Below, in pieces: positions 1 to 7,438 of a stretch of DNA of 26,803 nucleotides. The DNA is taken from contig JBIPOY010000001.1 of the NCBI GenBank assembly GCA_044378705.1, positions 1 through 26,803 of the forward strand, read 5' to 3'. The notes under the pieces were generated by a model, which saw only the letters and a program-made list of their open reading frames with translations, did not search any database and was not told the origin of the DNA. Source of the DNA: Saprospiraceae bacterium. GTDB taxonomy: Bacteria > Bacteroidota > Bacteroidia > Chitinophagales > Saprospiraceae. The translations under genes and the position numbers were made by a program. How positions within the stretch are numbered: the first letter of the stretch is position 1; each line of letters begins with the position of its first letter.

Positions 1-291
1 CTTTCCGTGACCGTCAGCAACACGGGAGATCTGGCCGGGGAAGAAGTTGTACAATGGTACATCCAAGACATTGCAGCAGACATTGCACGCCCCGTAAAAG
101 AATTAAAAGGATTTGAAAAGATAAAACTCGCCAAAGGCGAACGCCGCACCATCTCCTTCCGACTCACAGAAAAAGATCTCTCTTACTGGAACAATGAATT
201 GACATTCAAAGCCGATGCAGGAATTTTTAAGGTTTACGTCGGCGGAAATTCCAGAGACGTAAAAGAAGCAAGTTTTGAAATGATCCGATAA
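1..291 (+). CDS. Glycoside hydrolase family 3 (beta-glucosidase BglX-like), C-terminal fibronectin type III-like domain; 5' part lies outside the window
   Basis: Translation TVSNTGDLAGEEVVQWYIQD...RPVKELKGFEKI.L..GE...ISF.L matches the Fn3-like domain that ends GH3 enzymes; stop TAA at 289-291. Confidence 0.9.
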   Translation, partial: LSVTVSNTGDLAGEEVVQWYIQDIAADIARPVKELKGFEKIKLAKGERRTISFRLTEKDLSYWNNELTFKADAGIFKVYVGGNSRDVKEASFEMIR

Positions 292-306
292 GACCATGGT
301 AGGAAG

Positions 307-345
307 GCAGGAAACACCGGAAAATCAGTCATCGGTGTTTCCTGC
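307..345. terminator. Hairpin between convergent GH3 and dsbD, likely bidirectional terminator
   Basis: 13-bp perfect arms gcaggaaacaccg (307-319) and cggtgtttcctgc (333-345), with a T-rich tail on the + strand. Confidence 0.7.
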
Positions 346-378
346 TCTCTTGATTGTTTTTTGGTAGTAACGTCCGAG

Positions 379-2571
379 CTATTTGATACCCAATCGCTCG
401 CCGTATTTCTCCTCATTCACAAGCTTAAAATTTTGTAGCCCACACGCTAAGAAAGCCTCGTACACTTTTGGATCGTGTCCGTTGGCGTAGTCTGTGGGTT
501 GATTGAGCAACGTTTTCCCATCGTGGTGCATGAGTACGTAATAGGGCTGGGCACTCACATCAAAATTATTTACTTGAAAAGCACTCCATTTCGATCCCAC
601 GGTACGGAGCTTCTCGCCCGTTTTTGGATCAAGTAAATAGGCAAATTCGTTGTCGGGAAAAAGACGTACCTTCTCGTCCACATACAGCGATACCACGATA
701 TAATCATTCCGCAGCCGCTCAATAATACCCGGCAGCGGCCACACCGTCTCTTCCATTTTGCGGCAGTTTACACACCCATGACCTGTGAAATCTATAAAAA
801 CGGGCTTGTTTTGTCTTTTGGCCTCCGCGAATGCCTCATCAATATCATGGTAGCAATCTAAGTTGTGCGGGCAACCGGGCCCCTCGTGGTGCTTGGCATC
901 TTCTCCATCCCCGCTTTTGTAACTGTAATGTACCGGCGGCGCCAGTCCGCTCAATAGCGACAAGGACTGATAATTGACCAATCCCCAACCTACATACAAG
1001 GCAAATACCAAGGCAGTGAAACCAACGAGGGCACGCACAGTACCCGGACGCCCTTTGGCGCCCTTCCATCCCAACACGCCAAATTGATAGGCTGCCAATA
1101 CCAAAGCTACCACCAACCAAATCGCCAAAAAGGTTTCAAATTTCAACAGCCCCCATTGCTCTGCCATGTCTGCCGTACTGAAAAACTTGAACGCCAAAGC
1201 CAATTCTACCAATCCAAGCGTCATTTTTACGTTGTCCATCCATCCTCCCGATTTTGGCAGCGAATTCAACCAACCGGGAAACATCGCGAAAAGGCCAAAA
1301 GGCAAGGCCAAACCCAATCCGAATCCAAACATACCAATGGCTGGTTTGAGGGGAATAAAACCCATCAGTGACGCTCCTGCGTTGCTGCGTGCCGCCTCCA
1401 CCAACAAGGTGCCCACAATAGGGCCCGTACAGGAAAACGACACCAAAACCAAGGTAAATGCCATGAAAAAGGTGCCGAGTAAACCTCCTCGGTCGGCCAT
1501 CTTATCACTCTTACTCACCCAAGAGGAAGGAAGTGAAATTTCATAAAAACCAAAAAAGGAAAAAGCAAATACCACCAATAGCGCAAACACACCAAGGTTA
1601 AACCACTTGTTGGTACTCATGTCGTTCAGCGCCGTTGGACCGAGAGCCGCGGTAACCGCCGAACCTAGGGCTACAAAAATTAATACGATACTCGCAGCGT
1701 AAATAAAAGCGTTTCGCAACCCCGTTTTGCGATCCTTGGATCGTTTTACAAAAAAACTGACCGTCATCGGAATCATCGGAAAAACACAGGGCGTAAGCAA
1801 CGCAATGAGTCCGCCTAAAAAACAAAACAAGAAAATGGATACCCAAGAAGATCCATCACCACTACCCCCGGAAACAACCGTATCACAATTGCCCACAAAC
1901 TGGGTAGCTTGGATATCAGGGCGCTTGGATAAAAAAAAACCCTTAAAATTTACATCGTTCGGAGCCTGCATGCCACCGGATACCGAACCCGTGTCGGTAC
2001 CTACCCCAGGTACCAACGGTGCGGACGCATTGCCCGGAGTGGGTACTTGCCCATCCGTATTCGTGGGAACCGGGGTGGGAACAGGCTGTCTGTCACCACA
2101 ATTCGCCAATACCGGTATCTTAAACGAAAAATCTACATCCCTGGGGGGGAGGCACATTTCGTCATTGCAGGTCATAAAAGTAATGTAGCCGGTAATAGGC
2201 TTAGAAGGATCCGTTATTTCTACACGCTGGGTTAAGACCGCCGTGTGCTTAAACTTGGTAAGGTTCATGTCAAATACCTTGTCATGTACCTTGATGATAC
2301 CACCCGATTCCTTTGCCTTTCCCGACAATTTGTATCCGGGGCCGGGACTGAACGTAATGGAGGTTGCAACAGGACCATCCTCGCTTTCAAGAAATTGAGA
2401 GTAGGTGTACCAACCGTCGTCTATATTGCCTGAAAAAACCAAATCGACCTGACAATTACCCGCATCTTTGGACGAATAAGACCATTTAACTGGGTTTTGA
2501 GAGAAAAGGGTGACAGAAAACAAAAGAGAAGAGGCCAGAGCCCAGAGAGAAGGAAGATAGCTGCGCATCAT
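379..2571 (-). CDS. dsbD: Protein-disulfide reductase DsbD (N-terminal DsbD domain, CcdA-like membrane domain, C-terminal thioredoxin fold)
   Basis: Signal peptide; CNDEMCLPP N-domain cysteine pair; Pro/Thr/Gly linker; membrane cysteines LLTPCVFPMIP and SFSCTGPIVG; thioredoxin-like DFTGHGCVNCRKME. Confidence 0.92.
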   Translation of the reverse strand: MMRSYLPSLWALASSLLFSVTLFSQNPVKWSYSSKDAGNCQVDLVFSGNIDDGWYTYSQFLESEDGPVATSITFSPGPGYKLSGKAKESGGIIKVHDKVFDMNLTKFKHTAVLTQRVEITDPSKPITGYITFMTCNDEMCLPPRDVDFSFKIPVLANCGDRQPVPTPVPTNTDGQVPTPGNASAPLVPGVGTDTGSVSGGMQAPNDVNFKGFFLSKRPDIQATQFVGNCDTVVSGGSGDGSSWVSIFLFCFLGGLIALLTPCVFPMIPMTVSFFVKRSKDRKTGLRNAFIYAASIVLIFVALGSAVTAALGPTALNDMSTNKWFNLGVFALLVVFAFSFFGFYEISLPSSWVSKSDKMADRGGLLGTFFMAFTLVLVSFSCTGPIVGTLLVEAARSNAGASLMGFIPLKPAIGMFGFGLGLALPFGLFAMFPGWLNSLPKSGGWMDNVKMTLGLVELALAFKFFSTADMAEQWGLLKFETFLAIWLVVALVLAAYQFGVLGWKGAKGRPGTVRALVGFTALVFALYVGWGLVNYQSLSLLSGLAPPVHYSYKSGDGEDAKHHEGPGCPHNLDCYHDIDEAFAEAKRQNKPVFIDFTGHGCVNCRKMEETVWPLPGIIERLRNDYIVVSLYVDEKVRLFPDNEFAYLLDPKTGEKLRTVGSKWSAFQVNNFDVSAQPYYVLMHHDGKTLLNQPTDYANGHDPKVYEAFLACGLQNFKLVNEEKYGERLGIK

Positions 2572-2768
2572 TTTTTTATGTTATTGTGCTGCAAAGTAAC
2601 GCGTAATCATTCGCTCCGTTCATAATTTTGGGGGGTTTAAAACAATTTTAACCGCTAATTATGTACCCATTTTGCTAATTTTGGCTGAAAACCATGGCTG
2701 ACTTTAATTAAAATACTGTTTTTTGTAAAAACATACACCATAATACTTTCTTTTTTCAGAAAGCAAAT

Positions 2769-2776
2769 TACCTTTG
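2769..2776 (+). promoter_or_regulatory. Bacteroidota -7 promoter box for rpmH
   Basis: TACCTTTG matches the TAnnTTTG consensus, 45 nt before the rpmH ATG. Confidence 0.65.
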
Positions 2777-2821
2777 CGCTCCCAAATTTTTACATAATTC
2801 ATTATACAAGTCGAGTAAGCG

Positions 2822-2977
2822 ATGAAACGCACATTTCAACCATCACGCCGCAGCCGTAAAAACAAACTTGGTTTTCGGGAGCGCATGGCCTCTAAAAATG
2901 GCCGTAAAGTCATCGCACGCCGCCGGAAACAAGGTCGCTGGAAACTCACTGTTTCAGACGAGCGTCGCCTCAAGTAA
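2822..2977 (+). CDS. rpmH: 50S ribosomal protein L34 (51 aa; not in the ORF track)
   Basis: Manual translation [51 protein letters not shown], a classical bL34 sequence, located upstream of rnpA. Confidence 0.98.
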   Translation: MKRTFQPSRRSRKNKLGFRERMASKNGRKVIARRRKQGRWKLTVSDERRLK

Positions 2978-3034
2978 TATTAACCGTGTGTGACACCCCC
3001 ACTCTTGGGATGTTTCAAACACTGTTTTTACCAT

Positions 3035-3072
3035 ACCCGTCCTGTAGTGCTTTGCCACAGGACGGGTTTTTG
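3035..3072 (+). terminator. Intrinsic terminator after rpmH
   Basis: 11-bp perfect stem acccgtcctgt (3035-3045) / acaggacgggt (3057-3067) followed by a T-rich tract. Confidence 0.75.
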
Positions 3073-3097
3073 TTGTTTTTATACGGATCAAAATTCT

Positions 3098-3105
3098 TAC
3101 TTTTG
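3098..3105 (+). promoter_or_regulatory. Candidate -7 promoter box for rnpA
   Basis: TACTTTTG (TAnnTTTG), 8 nt before the GTG at 3114 and downstream of the rpmH terminator. Confidence 0.5.
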
Positions 3106-3113
3106 AGTCCATC

Positions 3114-3533
3114 GTGGACACACCTGCCTCTCAATCCTTTGATCGTAACGAACGGCTGAAAAGCCGGAAAGTCATTGCGACGCTCTTTAAAACCGGGCAA
3201 TCTTTCGTAGCCTATCCGCTGCGGGTGGTTTGGGTTGTTTCTCATGCCGGTGAGCATGGTTGCGCTACCTTAGCTGTTTCCGCGTCAAAACGAATTTTTA
3301 AAACTGCCGTCCAACGCAATCGTCTAAAACGACAGATGCGTGAAGCCTACAGATTACACAAACAGGCTTTTTACGAACAACTTCAGCCCCATCACAAACA
3401 TATTTCCTTGATGATCACCTATATCGCCAAGGAACCACTGTCGTATGCTGAAATTGATGCAGGCATGAAAAAACTGATCCGTAAGTTTCCGTTTGAAACG
3501 CTACAAAAGTCGCATGTAGCCGCCGGTGAATAA
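3114..3533 (+). CDS. rnpA: Ribonuclease P protein component
   Basis: FDRNERLKSRKVIATLF N-terminus and SASKRIFKTAVQRNRLKRQMREAYRL containing the RNR motif; adjacent to rpmH. Confidence 0.96.
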   Translation: MDTPASQSFDRNERLKSRKVIATLFKTGQSFVAYPLRVVWVVSHAGEHGCATLAVSASKRIFKTAVQRNRLKRQMREAYRLHKQAFYEQLQPHHKHISLMITYIAKEPLSYAEIDAGMKKLIRKFPFETLQKSHVAAGE

Positions 3534-3558
3534 CCGCTCATACATGGCAAACAACTTT

Positions 3559-3635
3559 GTAGCGACTTAGAGGGTCGCTTCTGAGACAAAAAATGGGCCT
3601 TTGGGGGCCGGACCGCAGGCCACCTATGTCGTTTT
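3559..3635 (+). repeat. Dispersed ~77-bp hairpin repeat (REP/REPIN/MITE-like), copy 1
   Basis: gtagcgacttagagggtcgcttctgagacaaaaaatgggcctttgggggccggaccgcaggccacctatgtcgtttt aligns with the copies at 6185, 7304, 9879 and 20617. Confidence 0.8.
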
Positions 3636-3814
3636 AGACAAAATTAAGATATCCTTAAATCTCGCTGTTACACGATAAGTATCCCCATAAACCATTATTT
3701 TTGTGGTAAGTATTCCATTTTAGTATTTCCTCTTTCTTCTAGGGCCTCTGTAAGACACTTCTCTCCAAGAGAACGTGATTTATCTTTTTGATCACTCTTA
3801 AAATGCATTAGAAG

Positions 3815-5167
3815 ATGAAAAAGTCCTACATCTTATTTTTTCTCCTCGCAACCACGGGTTATTTCCTTGGTTGTATCCATGATTCAGAAGCAAGTGTCGA
3901 CCAGCAACTGTTGGACTTGTTGAACATCCACTCTAAAACAGAATCTTACACAGGATATGCAATGCCGGAAAGTACCGACTTTGCGTCCCTTCCCAACCAA
4001 GATTCTAAAAACCCTGTGACTGCCGCCAAGGTCGAATTGGGGCGAATGCTTTTTTTTGAAACAGGCCTTGGATTACAGCCAACATACCCCATTTCAAAAA
4101 TCGCCTACTCCTGTAGCTCATGCCACATCCCTTCCCGGGGGTTTACAGCAGGCCGCTTTCAGGGCATTGCAGATGGCGCGCTCGGCTTTGGAACGGCGGG
4201 AGAAGCGCGCACTAAAAACCCTCTCTATACGGGGGATGAAGTAGATGCTCAGGGCGCAAGACCACTTCCTACCATCAACCTCACCTACGTTACCAATGCC
4301 CTGTGGGCCGGCACTTTTGGTTCCTTCCACGTCAATGTGGGGACGGAGTCTGCCTGGCGTCAAGATACCTTGGTAGAAATCAACTTGAAAGGACTGGAGG
4401 GCTTGGAAGCCAACAATACAAGGGCTCTGATCGTTCATCGGCAGGTAATCAACAAAGACGTGACAGACTCTCTCGGCTACACCGCAATGTTTGATGCCGC
4501 ATTTCCGGAGATACCCGTCAGTGAGCGCTACAGCCGGGAAACGGGTGGTTTTGCCATAGCAGCCTACTTTCGGACAATTTTGACGAACCAGGCGCCTTTC
4601 CAACGGTTTGTAAAAGGTGAAAAAAATGCGATGTCAGAACAACAGAAAAAAGGAGCCATACTCTTTTTCGACAAAGCGGGTTGTGTAAATTGTCATAATA
4701 GCCCTTCTCTGAACAGTTCCCCACACCAGTTTTTTTCCCTCGGTGTCAAAAATCTTTATCAAAACGGTCACAACGTTTTTAGAACAGGTGCATCCGACAA
4801 ACGAAACCTGGGACGAGGAGGGTTTACCGGCGTGCCAAATGAAATGCACAAGTTTAAGGTACCACAATTGTACAACCTTAAAAATGTCGGTTTCTATTTC
4901 CACGGGGCCAGTAAAAACTCTTTGCGTGAAGTAGTTGAATATTTCAACAACGGAATTCCAGAAAACTCGGAAGTGCCCGCCAGTCAAATCTCGGGATTTT
5001 TCCGCCCACTGGGTCTGACAAACAACGAAATAGACGATTTGGTAGAATTCTTGGAAAATGGATTATTCGACCCAAACTTACAGCGATATGCTCCTACTGT
5101 AACCATGTCCGGAAATTGCTTTCCAAACAACGATGCCCTATCAAGAATTGAAACGGGGTGTAATTGA
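3815..5167 (+). CDS. Di-heme cytochrome c peroxidase / MauG-family lipoprotein
   Basis: Lipobox FLGC at residues 17-20; two heme motifs CSSCH and CVNCH; family motifs KVELGRMLFFE, FKVPQLYNL and YFHG. Confidence 0.88.
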   Translation: MKKSYILFFLLATTGYFLGCIHDSEASVDQQLLDLLNIHSKTESYTGYAMPESTDFASLPNQDSKNPVTAAKVELGRMLFFETGLGLQPTYPISKIAYSCSSCHIPSRGFTAGRFQGIADGALGFGTAGEARTKNPLYTGDEVDAQGARPLPTINLTYVTNALWAGTFGSFHVNVGTESAWRQDTLVEINLKGLEGLEANNTRALIVHRQVINKDVTDSLGYTAMFDAAFPEIPVSERYSRETGGFAIAAYFRTILTNQAPFQRFVKGEKNAMSEQQKKGAILFFDKAGCVNCHNSPSLNSSPHQFFSLGVKNLYQNGHNVFRTGASDKRNLGRGGFTGVPNEMHKFKVPQLYNLKNVGFYFHGASKNSLREVVEYFNNGIPENSEVPASQISGFFRPLGLTNNEIDDLVEFLENGLFDPNLQRYAPTVTMSGNCFPNNDALSRIETGCN

Positions 5168-5176
5168 TTTGTAATA

Positions 5177-5250
5177 ATAATTACTTTGGTGGTCGCGTCT
5201 GGTTCAAAAAAACAAATTTTTTATCATGACGCGACCACCAAAATAGTTAC
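5177..5250. repeat. Dispersed hairpin repeat, copy 2 (symmetric doublet of the left half)
   Basis: 15-bp perfect arms tttggtggtcgcgtc (5185-5199) / gacgcgaccaccaaa (5228-5242); ends in gttac like the other copies. Confidence 0.75.
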
Positions 5251-5561
5251 TTTTTTTGTCAAATACGTTCTTGAACTAGGTAAAAGTAACTTGGATAATA
5301 CCACATTCACTACCGATAACCCGACAATTTAAACCCAAACAGATGTGTGTAAAACAAACAAAATCAACACTTTAATATTATTTTTATTAAAAAATTAAAG
5401 GTCTAAACCGGGCGATGATAGGTCGTTCAGTGTCCTTTCAAGGCAAACAACAATACCGCACCTTTGTATTGTCAATAAATGATTGAAAAACGACGACGGG
5501 GATATTATAAAAATTGACAACCTGATATTACAAATCTTTCATGAGATTATACAAGGGAAAT

Positions 5562-5600
5562 AAGCTGCGGCGCAAATGTGTGCTGCGGCTTTTTCTTGTT
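5562..5600 (+). terminator. Intrinsic terminator in the ccp-brx intergenic region
   Basis: 13-bp stem aagctgcggcgca / tgtgctgcggctt with three G-U pairs that work only on the + strand, a 4-nt loop, then tttcttgtt. Confidence 0.7.
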
Positions 5601-5746
5601 TATTGGCCACTGCCACTTGCTGAAAAGATTCCAAACGCATGTACCCTCTCCGTATATTTTCACCAAAAATAAAACCAAGGGGCCATTTTTGATGTTTACC
5701 TTCGTGGTTCAACCATTTCTAAACATTTACTCACCCATACATAACT

Positions 5747-6160
5747 ATGTATCCGATAGCACTAACAGCACCGATGGCCCAAGATCTGACAGATTTTGGC
5801 TTTGAATCGCTTTCAAACGCTGATGCGGTAGAGCAGCTCTTTGAAAATCATGAAGGAACAACCCTCGTTGTTGTGAACAGCGTATGCGGCTGTGCTGCTG
5901 CTATGGCACGTCCAGGCGCAAAACTTTCACTCCAAAACGAAAAAAAACCCTCCAATCTTTTTACTGTATTTGCTGGGGTAGATGCTGAAGCAACTGCAAA
6001 AGTTCGCGAGTTTTTGGCTCCTTACCCTCCGTCATCCCCAAGTATCGCCTTGCTCAAAGACGGACAAGTGGTACACATCTTAGAGCGCCGACATATTGAG
6101 GGCCGTTCTGCACAAATCATCGCAGACAACCTGCGCGCTGCATACGATATGTACTGCTAA
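5747..6160 (+). CDS. BrxA/BrxB family bacilliredoxin (YphP/YqiW-like)
   Basis: VVVNSVCGCAAAMARP with the CGC active site; TVFAGVDAEAT, PPSSPSIALLKDG and ERRHIEGR motifs; -7-like box TACCTTCG at 5697-5704. Confidence 0.93.
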   Translation: MYPIALTAPMAQDLTDFGFESLSNADAVEQLFENHEGTTLVVVNSVCGCAAAMARPGAKLSLQNEKKPSNLFTVFAGVDAEATAKVREFLAPYPPSSPSIALLKDGQVVHILERRHIEGRSAQIIADNLRAAYDMYC

Positions 6161-6184
6161 TGGTTGTTGCTGTAACTTTTTTTC

Positions 6185-6262
6185 GCAATCACTTCGTTGT
6201 TCGCGTCTGAGAAAAAAAGTACCCATTTTGGGGTCAAACAGCGTGGCCTCCCAAGTTATTAC
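6185..6262 (+). repeat. Dispersed ~77-bp hairpin repeat, copy 3
   Basis: gcaatcacttcgttgttcgcgtctgagaaaaaaagtacccattttggggtcaaacagcgtggcctcccaagttattac. Confidence 0.75.
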
Positions 6263-6324
6263 CTTTTTTAAAACACATGGGGATATTCCAACTGTTTGGA
6301 ATATCCCCATGTGTTTTAAAAAAG
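6263..6324. terminator. Long perfect inverted repeat between convergent brx and gldN, likely bidirectional terminator
   Basis: 29-bp perfect arms cttttttaaaacacatggggatattccaa / ttggaatatccccatgtgttttaaaaaag with 4-nt loop ctgt. Confidence 0.7.
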
Positions 6325-6336
6325 AATTAATGAATG

Positions 6337-7194
6337 CTACCAACTCCACACATCGTGTTCTCGGTTGAAGAGTTCCGCTTCAATTTTTTCTGCCTGCATC
6401 ACCAAATCGAGGCCCGAGTACATATCCTGTAACCGAAGGTCTTGCACGTTGTTTTCTTTTATAATGGTGGAAGCAAAATAGCGCATCTCAAAAATATCTT
6501 CCCATGTGGTGTTATTGGCCCAGTTGTCGTTGTGCGTAACCGCCTTGTGCTGTGCCAACAACGCACGAGCGGAAGGGTAGTGTACCCAAAACAAGGGCAT
6601 CTCCAGTCTGAAATCACCATTTTCATCGCGAACCTCGAGTAAAGGCGCAATGCCCAGTATTCGGTGTTGAAGGGTTGCTGTTTTGGCATCAAAAAACCAC
6701 GACTCCTTGATACGGAATCTTTTTACATCCTCCCAACTCACTTCATTTTGGATGACCTGTACTTTGTCATCACCGGTGACCACATCAATGGTGAGTATTG
6801 TATCGGTTTTATACAATTGGCGTTGAATATCAGAAACCGCAAGACGTTTGGTAAAACGATCATTCTCCGTGGAATATACCGGAAGGTCTCCAGCAAGGGC
6901 AGCTTCAAAAATGATTTGAAACAAAGGCGATTCCGGTGCGGAAAATGATTGGTTAATTTTTTCCCGAACATCCACGAGCCTCCAAATGCGTTTTTCCCAC
7001 AGAATATCAGCCTCTCGAATGGGTTGGTAGGGTAGTGAACGGTGATTGGTCACCACGGTTCGTTCCGTGATATCGTCCAATGGACCCGGTAATGCCATTT
7101 CAGATTCTTGTGCAAAAACCACGGTATTCAATAGTAATCCCCCGGCGAGACAGCCCATAAATCGGACTGACCGCACAGACAACAGGTTTGTCAT
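6337..7194 (-). CDS. gldN: Gliding motility / type IX secretion protein GldN (PorN) homologue
   Basis: Signal peptide; LPYQPIREADILWEKRIWRLVDVREKINQ, FRIKESWFFD, RILGIAPL, LFWVHYP and TWEDIFEMRYF motifs. Confidence 0.9.
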   Translation of the reverse strand: MTNLLSVRSVRFMGCLAGGLLLNTVVFAQESEMALPGPLDDITERTVVTNHRSLPYQPIREADILWEKRIWRLVDVREKINQSFSAPESPLFQIIFEAALAGDLPVYSTENDRFTKRLAVSDIQRQLYKTDTILTIDVVTGDDKVQVIQNEVSWEDVKRFRIKESWFFDAKTATLQHRILGIAPLLEVRDENGDFRLEMPLFWVHYPSARALLAQHKAVTHNDNWANNTTWEDIFEMRYFASTIIKENNVQDLRLQDMYSGLDLVMQAEKIEAELFNREHDVWSW

Positions 7195-7303
7195 GTCAGT
7201 AAAAAGTTAATAGCGGTGAAAAAATAGAGTAGCTGACCACGTGCTGTGCACAGCACCGCGGAAATATCAAACAAACATGGATGTTGAAAAACCTTGTCCT
7301 AAG

Positions 7304-7379
7304 GTAACGACTGCGGTGATCGCGTCTGAGACAAATAGTGGCTAGTGATTGGGACACACGGTACCACCTCAGTTGTTAC
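7304..7379 (+). repeat. Dispersed ~77-bp hairpin repeat, copy 4
   Basis: gtaacgactgcggtgatcgcgtctgagacaaatagtggctagtgattgggacacacggtaccacctcagttgttac; the outer 15-nt arms pair at 14 of 15 positions counting one G-U. Confidence 0.8.
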
Positions 7380-7438
7380 GTTTCAAGAACAATATGAAAA
7401 CGGTTCAAGAACGTACCGTATTTTCCCTGTTAATAATT

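Noticed and set aside
1940-2100. Pro/Thr/Gly-rich stretch in dsbD as a repeat or insertion
   Set aside because: Reads as an ordinary low-complexity interdomain linker, with no nucleotide-level repeat unit
2596-2666. Possible decayed repeat copy upstream of dsbD (gtaac ... ttttgggggtttaaaaca)
   Set aside because: Weak similarity in an AT-rich region; could be chance
2572-3113. oriC beside rpmH
   Set aside because: No dnaA gene and no cluster of TTATNCACA boxes seen in the intergenic regions
5479-5563. A ~27-aa small ORF from ATG 5479 to TAA 5561
   Set aside because: Start and stop are 82 nt apart and so out of frame; the frame closes after about 12 codons
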